A stretch of DNA of 64,000 bases, from contig OX597836.1 of NCBI GenBank assembly GCA_951406725.2, positions 7,812,001-7,876,000 of the forward strand, given 5' to 3'. The stretch comes from Octopus vulgaris. Lineage: Eukaryota. The notes beneath the pieces were generated by a model. It saw only the letters and a program-made list of their open reading frames with translations. It was not told the origin of the DNA and ran no database searches. This document shows positions 1 through 13,019 of the stretch, in pieces. The translations under genes and the position numbers were made by a program. Each line of letters begins with the position of its first letter. The first letter of the stretch is position 1.

Positions 1-99
1 TGAATGCAGAATGTAAAGACAGATGAAATACCCCAACAGCATTTCACCTGGCATTCTAATGATTCTACCTGTTACTTCTCTCACTCATTGTCATCACAT

Positions 100-620
100 A
101 TCATCCACTCTCAAAAGATGGAATATCAAGGATCACCAACTCGGTCTTTCTTGTACTGCCTTTATTTATTCAAAGTTTGTCCAATTCTTGATATCATTCA
201 TCCATATAATTTTTTTTTTCTTTTCTCTTTCCCCCATTCATTTTGCTTTCTATAAACAGTCTCTGTAAACCATTTTTTTTTTTATACTAATTAAATGTCT
301 GAAATATTTCAGTTTTCTCTCTTTGTTGGTATCTAATAAAATGTTCTTAGTTTTTGGTATTCTTAGTACTTCATCATTGATTTTTGTATTCTGTCCATAA
401 TATTCTTAAATGTCTTCTGTGTGTCCACATCTCAAAGACCTGTAATCTATACACTGGTACTTTTTGTTAATGTCAATGTTTTAGATCTATGTAGTACAGT
501 AGACCATACATAATACTTTAATAATCTTTTTTCTTTTTGTGATATTAATGATTTTTGATGTTAGTACAGTTTAATACCAGCATCAAATGTTTTTATTTAA
601 ATCTCTCCTTTACCATTTTC
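100..620 (-). mobile_element. Decayed RTE-clade LINE, ORF2 C-terminal fragment
   Basis: Minus-strand translation with stops and frameshifts gives RLLKYYVWSTVLHRSKTLTLTK ... RKLKYFRHLI, resembling the post-RT RTE motifs (YGxETWT, KLxYFGH). Confidence 0.7.
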
Positions 621-1399
621 AAATTAATTGCAACATGGACAAAGTAATTTCATTGGAAATATGGTGATGAGAAGGTTAACATGAGGGACGTGAGAGTGTT
701 TTTGTAATGAGACAATTCACACTTTATAACTCTTTCAATGCCAACCCACTTCAGACCAACCACACTGAAGTGCTTATGTTCAAAATTAAAACTGTTCTCA
801 TTAAAATTAATTTCAGTTAGTCAATAGCAGTATAGTTATTCATAACAACTCTGAATTGGTGCTGTTGTTATTGCTGTCTTAGGTTATTAAGGAAGTCTTG
901 TTACGTTTCATAATTCGTTAGCAATTTCTAAGGGAAAATGTAATCTTCCAAACTCTGGAAATTTCAAGGGGAGTTGAACTAACCTATGCTTCTTGCTGTT
1001 GAAGGCCCTGTGATTTCACCAGGGGAACTATTTTTATAACAAGTCTAAATATATCTTTTATCTTTTACTTGTTTCAGTCTCTAGACTGTGGCCATACTGG
1101 GGTAGTGCCTTGAAGAATTTTAGTCAAACAAATCAATTCCAGTAGTTTTTTGAAGCCCGGTACTTACTCTATCAGTCTCTTTGTGTTTGTCCCCACACCA
1201 CCACTTGTCATCTGGTGTTGGTGTGTTTACATCCCTGTGACTTAGCAGTTCAGCAAAAAGAGACCAATAAAACAAGAACCAGGCTTTAAAAAGAGAAAAA
1301 TAATGGCATCGATTCATTCAACTACAGTTCTTCAGGGCAGTGCTCCAGCATGGTCACAGTCCAATAAAAGATAGAATATTCAGTAACTCATCTTCTATC

Positions 1400-1768
1400 T
1401 TTTACTTGTTTCAGTCATTGGACTGCGGCCATGCTGGGGCATCACCTCGAAGGGGTTAGTTTAAAAATAAACCCAATGCCAGTACTTATTGTTTTTAAAA
1501 GTCTACTACTTATTTTATTGATCCCTTTTGCTGAGCTGCTTAGTTACAAGAATGTAAACAAACCAACACTGGTTGTCAAGTAGTGGTGGCAAAAAGCACA
1601 CACACACAATGGGCTTCCCCACAGTTTCCATCTACCAGATTCACTCATAAGGCATTAGTTGGCCTGTAGAGGATACTTGTTCTAAGTACTGTGCAGAGAG
1701 ATTGAATTGAACCTGCAAACACTTGGTTGCAAAGTCAGCTTCTCAACCACACAGCCATGCCTGCACCC
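1400..1768 (-). mobile_element. SINE family A, old copy
   Basis: Reverse complement of the element at 24199-24630; tail ttttacttgtttcagtcatt, head accacacagccatgcctgcacc. Confidence 0.8.
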
Positions 1769-2004
1769 ATGTTATCTTAATTTAATTAAAATTTTAACAA
1801 GAATTTTGCACCTCATTATTAATTAAATTTTTTTTTAATGCTCCAAATATTAAAAAAGGTGAAATTTCTTGCTGGAGTTTACTTCATACTTCCGTTCCTT
1901 TAAAATGATTTCAAAGTGCATAGTCGGGAAATTACTTTTCACTAAAATTCTCTCTTTCATGCACATTGTTGATGTTGTTGTTGTTGCGGCTGCTGCTGTT
2001 ATTT

Positions 2005-2205
2005 TTCAGCCCTAATTAAGCCCTGATTGGACAGATTTTTGATCAAAGCTATTCATTTCATCTTAATTTTAAAAATGATTTACATGGATTACACTAACCG
2101 ATGTGCCTGTGTCTGTTTTTAATACAGTAAGGTATGAGTTTGAAAGAGATTTAGCTGCTATTTCTAGCAGATTGAGTGACCACATAGAGGCTCTTTCATT
2201 GGCTC
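2005..2205 (-). mobile_element. Old dispersed repeat family D (SINE-like, (AAC)n tail); further copies near 7000-7170, 7440-7620, 17800, 20620, 22420, 24660-24830, 38820-39140, 63930
   Basis: Recurring motif gatttggctgctatttctagcag..gaccacatagaggc and tail-side motif gccctgatc..gcagacct.tgatcaaagg. Confidence 0.6.
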
Positions 2206-2511
2206 ATCTTATACATAGGTTATAATTGTGTGTGTGTATGCATATGTAAATATATGTGTGTGTGCATATACATATATACATGTGCAGACATGGCTGGCTG
2301 GTAAGAAGCTTGCTTCCTAACCGAATGGTTTTGGCTTCAGTACCACCATGTGGCACCTTGGGCAAGTGTTTTCTACAATAGCCCCAGGCCGACAAAAGTG
2401 AGTAGATTTGATTGAGTGAGACTGAGAGAAGCCTGTTGTATTCATATATATGTATGTTTATATATTTATGTATGTGTGTTCTTGTGTTTGTCACCCACCA
2501 CTGCTTGAAAA

Positions 2512-2943
2512 CCCTGTGTCTGGCACCATGCTACACAAACAGAAGAACCTAGTCATGGCTGTCAGCCAATTTCTGCAAGCACATCACCCCTAACATCTGG
2601 CTACCTAACTCTTCAGACTGTAACCCCCTTGCTTATTGTGTGGGACACGGTTGAATGAGAGACCAACAAAACTCCTTGTAGCACCAAAGATGAACTGAAG
2701 GCAAGGATTATGGCAACATTCACCAACTTGAACAAGGAGACCATCCAGAAGAGTTGTAGGTGATTCCAAAGTTGTCTGGAGGTCGTGGTTGAAGCCAATG
2801 GTGATTTTATTGAATAAATTCACTCCTTAGTATTTCAGGATATTTTTATGTCATTTTGGTGAATATATCTGTTAAAATGAGATGTCAGCATTATTTTCAT
2901 GTTTGCGTAATTTAGACAACAGTTTATTCACGGCATCCTCTGT
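2512..2943 (+). mobile_element. Tc1/mariner transposase 3' remnant with right end; spacing compatible with DD37D (maT)
   Basis: Reads APCYTNRRT*SWLSANFCKHITPNIWLPNSSDCNPL(A)Y..ETNKTPCSTKDELKARIMATF..CLEVVVEANGDFIE*, i.e. the WPPNSPDxNPLDY motif. Ends in a TIR-like acagtttattcacggcatcctctg. Confidence 0.85.
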
Positions 2944-5386
2944 GTGTGTGTGTGTGTATAGAAAGAGAGAGAGAGATAGAATGATAGGTAGGTATGTGTG
3001 TATGTATAAAACAGATAGTTTGGTAGTTTCGCCAGTAAGTGTTCCGATAATTCAATCAACTGAAACTAACTATGAATCAATTTATTAGCACATAAGTGGC
3101 TGAATATTCCAAGCACAATCACCATTAATGAAGTCATTTGCCAGACTCAGTATGACTCACACACACACACACACACAGTGTGTGATACCGTTTCCTTGAG
3201 GCTCCCTCTCTCGTTTCTGGTCACTAAGTGCAATGACATCCGTGTATGCGTAACAGGGTGGACAGACCTGATTATTAGTGGGTTATTGATTAACACATTT
3301 CATCTGAGTAGAAATTAGTAAATTTGATATTTATAACCTCACATTAGCCTTTGCTCCCTCTGCCACCACCACTTCACATAATTATGGTCTCCCATAAATC
3401 ACATCTTTTTTTTTTTTATTTTGGTTCCTAATTATGTAGTCAATAAAAGGTCAGTGTCCTAAATACGAATGCATTCACACAGTATTGTGAAATATTTTGT
3501 TGAGTTTGAATATGGTTGTAATATGTATCAAGGTATGAAGGTGGCAAGCTGGCAGCATCTTTAGCATGCCAGGCAAAATGTTTAACCATACAGCCACTCC
3601 TGTTCCCATATACGTGTGTGTGTGTATATATATCATCATAATCATCATTTAACGTCTGCTTTCCATGCTAGAATGGATTGGATGGCTTGGCTTGACAGGA
3701 GCTGGCAAGCAAGAAGTCTATGCCAAGCCTCAACCATGTGCATTGACATGTTTTTTTTTTTAATGGCTGGATGCCCTTCCTATCTGTGTTTTGTCATGGA
3801 GAAAATTTCTTACTGTTGACAAGTATATATTTTTATATGTATATGTGTGTGTTGTAAATCATTAAAGTAGTTGGCATTAGGAAGGGCATCCAGCCACAGA
3901 AACCCATGTCAAGGCAGTTAGTGGAGCTTGGTGTAGTTTTCTTGTTTGCCAGCTCCTGTCAAACCATCCAACCCATTCCGGCATGGAAAACAGATGCTAA
4001 ATGATGATATATATATAGGCACAGGTGTGATTGTGTGGTTAAGAAGCTTTCTAGGGTTCAGTCCCACTGTGCAATGCCTTGCAAAAATATATAGCCTCAA
4101 GCCAACTAAATTCTTGTGAGTGGATTTAGTAACTTGGTTGATGGAAACTCAAAGAAACCCCTCAATAAATAAATTAGTAGTCCATGGCAGTAAAATGGAA
4201 AAATTGTTAGTGTTGGAGAGGATGCTTTGTGATATGTGTTCCAGCTGTTTGAGTTCTGAGTTCAAATTCCACTTATTATCAGCATCCTCTTTGTGCTGAA
4301 AAACAAAGTCCTTCGATATCCAGCTAGCAATGATATATTAGGGGTTATGTGGTCGCAGAAATTGTCTGACAGTGCCATGACTGGGTTCTCCTGCTTGCGT
4401 GGCATGGTGCAGAGTCCTGTTGCCAGACATAGGGTCTTCCAGCAGCCACCCTCTTGAGTTCATTTGAGAAATACTTTGACTGCATATAAAAAAAAAACTC
4501 ATCAAAGCTGCTCAAAGTGGATTACTAGCATTGGAGGGGAAAAAAAGTTGCCACCATTAAGAGAATTGTCCATTAATTGAATTAATATCCATGTGCATCA
4601 CAGCTAGAGTTTATCTAGTGATGATGAACAAGTAAGTTTTACTGCTGATTAATTGGCAGCCAATCTACTGAAGAAGACAGAATAAATGATTTTAGAACAA
4701 CTGTACCATAGTTGGATTGGCATTTTAAAGATGGAGTAAAAAGATCTCATGACTCTTTGCCTCGAACCTGCAATCCAGAAAAGCTATTATAATTTCTACA
4801 GTTAGCAATTGATGTACATGCAAGCTGTGGAGGCTACAGACAAAAAAAATCTGTGTAAGTTAACATTATATATTCCAATATTGAAATAGACTTCTGTATG
4901 TACCTTATCTAGATGAATCTAAAAGTCATATAACTTGATATTTCCATATATTGGTATAATGGCAGTTCTTCATGTGTGCAGATCATGATGAAGAATGGCA
5001 AGTCTTAAAGTGGCTATGTAAACCAATCTTTGACATAGTTGCCTTTCTAAACCTTATATAATTAGACCTACCCAAAAATAGAAGGTAAAAAAATATTCCA
5101 TACCAAACTTTTAAAGAGATATTTCTCATCAGAAATTTGTTATGACTGTTCAATTTTTTTCTTTTTTGGGAATGAAATTCCTTGTAGGGTTTTAATTAGA
5201 CTTTTAGGTAATGAAATTTAAATTTATGTATCTCAGTTTTCCTGCCTGATAGGAATAGCTATGAAATCTTTCAGGAATGTTAATGACATCTTATCTTGAA
5301 GATTATCATTTATTTACTCAATACCAAGAAACCAGAGCTTCAGAGCTAAACATTTGCCCTTAAGAGATACATACATTGCAGTTTAA

Positions 5387-5841
5387 CCCTTTTGTTACCA
5401 CATCTCTGTTGAAATACACTGGTTGAAAGCACATAGCTCAGTGGTTAGAGTAGTGGGCTCACAATCATGAGGTAGTGAGTTTGATTCTTGGACTGGGCTG
5501 TGTGTTGTGAGCAAGACATTTTATTTCATGTTGTTGCTGTTCATTCAGCTGTCGAAATGAGTTGTGACGTCACTGATGCCAAGCTGTATTGGCCTTTGCT
5601 TTTCCCTTGACTAACATCAGTGGTATGGAGACAGGGGAGGCTGGTATGCATGTGCAACTGCTGGTCTTTCATAAACAACCTTGCCCAGACTTGTTCCTCG
5701 GAGGGGAACGTCCTAGGTGCAATCCCATGGCCATTTATGACCAAAGGGGGGTTTTACTCTGTCTCAGTTAAACATGAAATTTAAGATGAAGTTTGTATCA
5801 TAGAGCCAGAGGTGATCTTTGGCAGTTTGGTGTCAAAAGGC
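5387..5841. mobile_element. piggyBac-type MITE interrupted by a SINE
   Basis: TTAA|cccttttgttacca ... tggtgtcaaaaggc|TTAA; same family as 44422-44625. Confidence 0.7.
5426..5757 (+). mobile_element. tRNA-derived SINE family E (related copies 6003-6246 minus, 21500-21630 minus, 38050-38360 minus, 56363-56660 plus)
   Basis: Pol III A box tagctcagtggttagag and B box gagtttgattct, followed by gagcaagacattttatttcatgttg..cattcagctgt. Homologous to the inverted copy at 38050-38360. Confidence 0.8.
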
Positions 5842-7979
5842 TTAACACTAAAAAATCAGAGCTAAACATTGGTCCTTAAATGATACATCACATTACAATT
5901 TAAGTGATTGCTCTACAAGCCTTTAATGGAACATGAAGTTGGGTGGGATGTATGAAAGGGTGGGGCTGTGCTTTTCCAGAAGTGTAGGGTCAGTAACAGT
6001 TAGGTAAAGTTACCTTCTCAAGTCATGCTAACTCATAAGGGCTAGTTTCCATGGCATATGAATTCCCCACCTGGATGGGATGCCAGTCCTTTGCAGGATT
6101 ACTCATTTTTGCCAGCCAAGGGGACAGGAGCAATGTGAAATGAGGTGTTTTGTTCAAGAATACAATGCATCACCTGGTCCAGGATTTGAAACCACAATCT
6201 TACAATCATGAGTCCAATATCCTAACCACTAAGCCATGCACCTCCACCTATAGGGTCAGTGTCATCATGCAAGTGACCAAGGGGCATTGCTGTAAGGAGA
6301 AGAGTAAGTGAGGACTTGTGAGCAGAAGGACGACTAGCTCTTTTGCTTTGGGATGAATGTGGTGGCTGTATGAGCTCAAGGAATTTACTGCTGGGTTCTG
6401 ACCAGAGATTGGGTGGGTGGAGCTTCCATGAATGTCTCTCGTCTGGATGGGATTGACGATATGAGAGGACCTGTGAAGTAGGTAAGCTGTCCTTTTTCCT
6501 TTAGGTCCAACAGAAGTTTCTACAAACTTAAAACTTACTCTCAACTGTGAACCCAGCAGATTGTCTCTGGATCTCTCGTGATTTCCACCTTAAATATTTC
6601 TCATCCAGCTCTGCTTCATTTTCTGCTCCGGGGCCTTACACAACTGTGGAAGATGCTGTTTGTTTGTTTGTTGTTGCTGCTGCTGCTGTTTTTTTTTCTT
6701 GTGTGTATATGTTGTGATTTTATTCAATAACTGCAGTTTCATTGAACAACCTTTGATCAATGATTGATTGTATCTGTCCAAAACTGTCTATAAATCAGGT
6801 CAGATGCTTCCATTTCAAGAATTCAAAAGACATTCATTACTGTCTTTTGTGCCAACCCCACTACTATCCCCATCGTCACCACCACCACCACCACCACCCT
6901 AGCCCCTCAAATATGTTTACTGAGCTGAATAATTGTGTAGTTTGTACCAGAATACAAGTTTTTATTTTGTTTGTAGTTTCATGTTGGCTCTCAGCCAACT
7001 GACTTAGAAATCAAAGACAATCCAACTGTGACCATCCTATTTTTTTAGTCAGATATACTGTATCTAGGACTATATATTCATATGCATTCTTTTTACTTAT
7101 TTAAGACTGCAGAATGTGTTTTGAAGGAGATTTGACTACTTTTTCTAGCAGTTTGGGTGACTCTTCCATGGGTCAGTCATAGCTGTGATCGTTTTCTTGT
7201 TCTTTTCTTTTCCAATCATATTATCTAGGTCTGGATGAAGGTGTTCTATCTCTGCCTTGCACCAAGAGGAAAAAAAGACAACTGGGTCTAGTGATGAGTG
7301 CAGGGCTTGGTGGTGTTGGATGCAGTGTGGATGCAGAAACACTGAACAAAATAGTACAAGGCTATGAGGTGTTAGATATAGTGGAGGTTATGAGAGGGGA
7401 GAAAGTGGGTGGGTCAAGCACTTCGATTGGTGGAGATTGTTATTTAGCCCCAGATTAGTCCATTGAGTAACTCATGGTTAAAATCTTTCTGCCCATAGCC
7501 ATTCCATTGAATATTAGAAACTACCATGTTCAATGTATGTGTATGTGTTTTTGTTAAGATTTGTAGGTTGTCATTTGCAAGAGATTTGACTGCTATTTCT
7601 AGCAGATCAACTAACAGTGTAGAACGGGGGTTCTCAACCATTTTTTGTCTATGGACCCCCTTTGATTACTATTTTAAATTACTATTCCATGTTTTAAAAT
7701 TAGATATTTCTTTCAAAATTCTTATTTTGTTTTTCCTCATTTCACTTGTGTGGGTTTACAATGGCACTCTCTTTGAGAACATGCTTCAATGGCCTGGAAT
7801 ATATTAAGCTATGCAAAACATTAGAGACAGAAACTTAGCTATTTCTTGCAATAAATACCTCATTATCCTCATGTTGCTGCAGTTCACTCAGCTGTTGAGA
7901 TGGTGGAGTTGCTATTTCTACCCTTTTGAATGACCATGTAGAGGTTTCTTTGTTGGTTTGTGTAGATGTTAAGTTACAT

Positions 7980-8233
7980 CAGTGGTTCTCAACCATTTTT
8001 CTTTTGGCCTATGGAACCCCTTTGATTCCTGTTTTACTGGACCCTTATACCCATTCAGTGTTTAAAAAATCCTATTACATTTTTATAATTAAATATCATT
8101 AAGAATTGGTAGAAAGACTGTTAGAATATTTTGTGTATTGTAGAAGTATAGCCAATCCATTAAACATTAATTTTAACAGCAAGATCTTATATGAGCCCTC
8201 AAGGGTCATGTGGGCCCTTGTTGAGAATCACTG
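7980..8233. mobile_element. hAT-type MITE (relatives at 7626 partial, 54090-54366, 60170-60295 partial)
   Basis: TIRs cagtggttctcaac / gttgagaatcactg; 8-bp TSD-like agttacat / agttaggt. Confidence 0.8.
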
Positions 8234-8516
8234 AGTTAGGTGGTAGATTTTGTTAGTTCAGGGCAATAAAGACCATTGTAAGTAGCTGCCTCTTTCAATT
8301 GGATGTAGTTCAAAATGTGTGTGTGTGTGGCTTCTGCACTTTCTCAGCTATGTGAGGCACAAAGTTTACAAGTTTATGGCATCTTAGAATGTTTTACCAA
8401 GTTACATCTTTTCTAATCTTCTTCTTTGTGCTGATTAAATAAAAAGAGGAAGGAAATGGAAAAGGGACGGAGATGGGATGTTATGTTCTACATGACACAG
8501 AGGCACAATAGTCTCT

Positions 8517-8518
<2 letters not shown>

Positions 8519-8555
<37 letters not shown>

Positions 8556-8637
8556 GGTCTGAACTGATAACTAAACTATCTGATATCTTTTTGATCTCAG
8601 CAGATTCCACAAACACTTGAAAGCAAACCATCTCTAA

Positions 8638-8683
<46 letters not shown>

Positions 8684-8706
8684 CCCTCTCTCTCTCTCTC
8701 TCTCTC
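8519..8706. repeat. (TG)n and (CT)n microsatellites
   Basis: Direct observation. Confidence 0.95.
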
Positions 8707-8991
8707 ATCATTAAATGGACTACTTCATTCATGGGCTGGCTTAGAAATTTGAGAAATCATGACTAACATAAGACTTTAATATAATACTGAAGCATAATAC
8801 TTTAACATGTTGCTTTTATATAGACCTAAACATGTGACTTTAAGTATAAATCTTCAAATATAACTCATAAAACTTTTAAACAAAAGTCTTCAAGTTGAAG
8901 CTATTTGACTTTAAAAGGAGATTTTGCTATAAAGCATTCATACGAAACTTTAACGATAATCCTACAAGATTGTTATAGTAAATGGTCATAC

Positions 8992-9300
8992 AACATTGTC
9001 ACAAGATACTGTTACATAACACTGTCACAAGATACTGTTACATAACACTGTCACAAGATACTGTTACACAACACTATCTCAAAATACTGATACACCAGGT
9101 TGTCTCACGCAAGTTGCACAATACTGTTGCGTGACACTGACACAAAACCATCACAGAAGTCTGTCCCGTAACATTATCATACAACACTGTCACACAAAAC
9201 TGTTGCAAAAGACTGTCACACAAGTCTGTCACATTACACAGTCACACAAAGCTCAAACAGCAGTCACACACAAGGCTGACACACAAACAGGCATCGACAT
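8992..9300. repeat. Minisatellite, 26-bp unit aacactgtcacaagatactgttacat (two 13-bp halves), decaying rightwards
   Basis: About three near-perfect units followed by degenerate ctgtcaca-containing subunits. Confidence 0.85.
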
Positions 9301-10759
9301 CACATTATGTTGTCATTTTGTCATATTATTCATCAAAAGGTTATTAATATAATATAATGTATAAAGTTTATTAATATTAATTAGGTGGTGAGTTGGCAGA
9401 ATTGTTACCATGCTGAGCAAAATACTTAGTGGCATTTCGTCCACGTTAACATTCTGGGTTCAAACTCTGCCGAGGTCGTCTTTACCATTCATCCTTTCGG
9501 AGTTGATAAAATAAGTACCAGTTGCATACTGGGGTTGATGTAATCAACTTGCTTCCTCCTTGAAATTGCTTGCGTTGTGTCAGAATTTGAAATCAATATA
9601 AATATAATATAATAATATAATGTTTATTAATGCAAATACAATAACCTGATGCAAATGTATTACACCTCAACTGCATTGGCGTTGGCGCCAAGCAGTGATG
9701 GTCTGGCTGTTTGATTGCTTTCTTTATGATAATTAATAATTAGTTTTGTTTGTAATCAACATATTAATTAGAACAGAATAATTCAAATTTATTTTCATAA
9801 GATATGTTTTGTTTTCATCCTTTTAATTCTTAGAAACAATTTTTTTTACTATATTGATTAATTATATTAATCTAAATTCTGAATTATTACAAGGTTTTAG
9901 TTGATTAGCAAATACATTTAATTGTAAATCTAAAATATGTTTAGCGAGATTTATTTTGTCGCTGTTTGCTACTTACCTTTCAAGCTGTTTAATATGAGTT
10001 GATTGATTTATTGAAATTAACAAAAACAATTATTGAAAAATCATTTGAAACTGTTAACACACTAATATAGATATACATACACTGTACCTTCTAGTACTTG
10101 CAGCAGTATTCATTTGAGGCAGCTCTGGCCAATGAGTTGAGACACCTCTGGCCAATGAGTTCCCCATGGCCCACATGAATGCTGCATGATGGACAACAGT
10201 CAGCTGCAGTCGGGGCTGTAATGGACACCCATTCCTGGCTCCATTATCAAAGACCGTAGATGCCGTAGATGCCGGGGCCCAGTTGTGCTTCCACATCCAC
10301 CTTTACTGTTGCTAGCCATGTCTTCAGTTGTCCCCCAGTTCATTTGCACCAGCCTGGGAGCGGAGCCCAGTTGACCATCTTGTGAATGAATTTCCCTGGA
10401 GGCTGACGTAAAGCATAGCCAAGCCACCTTAGATGTCTTACGAGTAGTACTTGTTGCAACGTTGTCATATTTCAGGGCTCAAAATGAAGTCCAATGGGCT
10501 GGCTTTCTGGTTATTTGTCTGTCTGTCTGTCTGTGTTTTATACATGTCATTGCTTCTACTGATTTGTTACTTAGCTAATTTTAACCATTAGTGCCAACAT
10601 TGCTGGATGGTTAAGTTTACATGGCAATCATGTGGCTCTAGTTTGATCCCACAGCACAAAACCTTGGTCAAGTGTTTCTTACCATCTCATTTGGTTCAAG
10701 CTAATTCTCATCTCTGGAAACTATCCAATAAGACTATATCTGTTCTTATGTGGTCAGAT

Positions 10760-11130
10760 TCGATTGTCTGCCCAATTTAATGCCACTAACTGGTCCTTTG
10801 GGTGTCTTTCTTCAACAGGGCTCTGCTCTTTCGGAAGCATTCAGGCTTGGTATCTGTTCTCTGATTTAAGGACAACCTCTTCCCCACCGCCCCAATTTCT
10901 TAATGTATTCCTTTCTACTACATCAACCCCATCAGCTGCGATTTCTTCATCCTTTCTTCACTCCCTTCTCTCCACTCCTACCAGTATCAGAGACCTAATA
11001 AAAGGTCGCAGTCATTGCCCTTCCTCTTCTAACTAAGAGCCATACCCTCTCCCATCCACTAATTCTCTGATTCCAACCATCATTACCATTTTCTGGTGTC
11101 AGGTTCCATGCATGACTGTCATGGCAGCAC
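10760..11130 (-). mobile_element. Possible decayed LINE ORF1 fragment (CR1-like)
   Basis: Purine-rich minus strand with a VVLKSENRYQA motif resembling the NR(F/Y)xxL motif of CR1 ORF1; weak. Confidence 0.25.
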
Positions 11131-11534
11131 CAATATTTCTAAATTGTTCACAAAAAAAAAAAAGGAAAAAAAAGACCAAAATAGCAGACAAACAGACACA
11201 TTCTGTGTGAATCAAACTTCCGTTCCAGAGAATTCTCATTACATTATTCTGGATATTTTCCTGAGAACAATTACATTGAAATAGTTTCGACGCTATTTGG
11301 TATTAAAAGTGGTTTACCGTTTTTCTTTTCTGTATTTTTTTCCCTTTCTTGCTTTTCTTTTTCTTTCTTTTTCCTAAAATTTACATTGCACTTTGACATT
11401 TTACTAGGATTTTTGGTAATGTTTTGGAATATTTTGTTTTAGATGCTATCCACTTACACTGGTTGTGTAATGATAATGTCGATAGTGGTGGGGGTGGTTG
11501 CAACAATGATGCAATTATTATCATTATTATTGAT

Positions 11535-11671
11535 TTCAAATCCTGCTGAGGTCACTTTTACCTTTCATCCTTTCAGAGTCAATAAAATAAGTACCAGTTG
11601 AACACTGGGGTCAATGCAAATGATTTACTCCTTCTCCCAAAATTTTGGGCTATGTACCTATAGTAAAAAAG

Positions 11672-11715
<44 letters not shown>

Positions 11716-11935
11716 TACTACTGTTGTTAATTCTGCCAAGATTGACAATGCCTTTCATCTTTTGGCAGGGATGGGGGTGGGGATCGATAAAATAAGCACT
11801 AGTTGAGCATTAGGGTTGATGTAATCAACTTGTCTATCCTCCAAAATTGCTGGCGTTGTGCCAAAATTTGAAACCATTATTATTATTATTGATTTCAAAT
11901 CCTGCAGAAGTTGACTTTGCCTTCCATTATTGTCA
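11535..11935 (+). mobile_element. Cluster of truncated family B SINEs separated by (ATT)n
   Basis: Repeated ttcaaatcctgc.gaggtc.acttt.cctttcatcctt motif with (TTA)n spacers. Confidence 0.8.
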
Positions 11936-12204
11936 TTATTATTATTATCATCATCATCACCACCACCACCACCGCAACTATCATCATCATCATTCTTAGA
12001 TTCTGACTGTGTTGTATTTTTTTCTCAATGACTTTGATTTGAATTTCAGTTTTGCACCTATATTTGAACAGCCTGATTGTGAGGAGAGGTAGGTTTTACG
12101 TTACCTCCCACTCCCATAAACAGTTACCACCCTCCCATGTTTCATCACCACCAATTTATCTTTTCTTGTCTTTTTCACATAACATACATTTATATATCTA
12201 CATA

Positions 12205-12262
<58 letters not shown>

Positions 12263-12694
12263 TTTTGCTAATCCAGTTGATTGTTTCTCTACAGTTTCTC
12301 TGGTGTCTTATTGTTTCATCAGAGAGAATTAACTGGATTTATTTAATTCTGTTTGATGAACCAAATGGACATCAGAAAAACCCCAGAATAATGACACCTG
12401 CTGGGTCAGTCAGTTATTACATTCTACTGCAGTATTGAGTACATATTTTGTATCTTTTTTAACAACACCAATTTTCTGTGTGTGTGTGTAAAATTATTTA
12501 ATGTACACAGCATAAAGAGATCAGCTACTAATAGAGATACAAAGTTTGTTATAAAAACCTCCCCAGACACGTGTTTTTACAGCAAGAAACTATTAGCAGC
12601 TTGTATCTTTATGCTGTGTACATTAAATGATAATTTATCTCTCACTGGATGGAGTACTTTTTTTTGTTGATCTTACCTTAATAGAACAGTAAGC

Positions 12695-12744
<50 letters not shown>

Positions 12745-12912
12745 TACATATAATGTCAGCTACATGAAATTCTGACTCTCTATCATTCTTCATGTAAAAA
12801 TTTAATAAAAAGTAATGAGTAAATTCTTCAGTTTCATGTTAGCTTGACAAATACAAACATTAGTGTGTGTATATTATAATCAAAGAGACCCCAATGGGGC
12901 TGATATTGTGAA

Positions 12913-12970
<58 letters not shown>

Positions 12971-13019
12971 TACAAACTGTCATAAGGATGTGCATGAAAT
13001 AGTAATATTGATGGTATCA

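Noticed and set aside
5429-5500. tRNA gene candidate
   Set aside because: A and B boxes are present but it continues into a SINE body with no intact cloverleaf or terminator.
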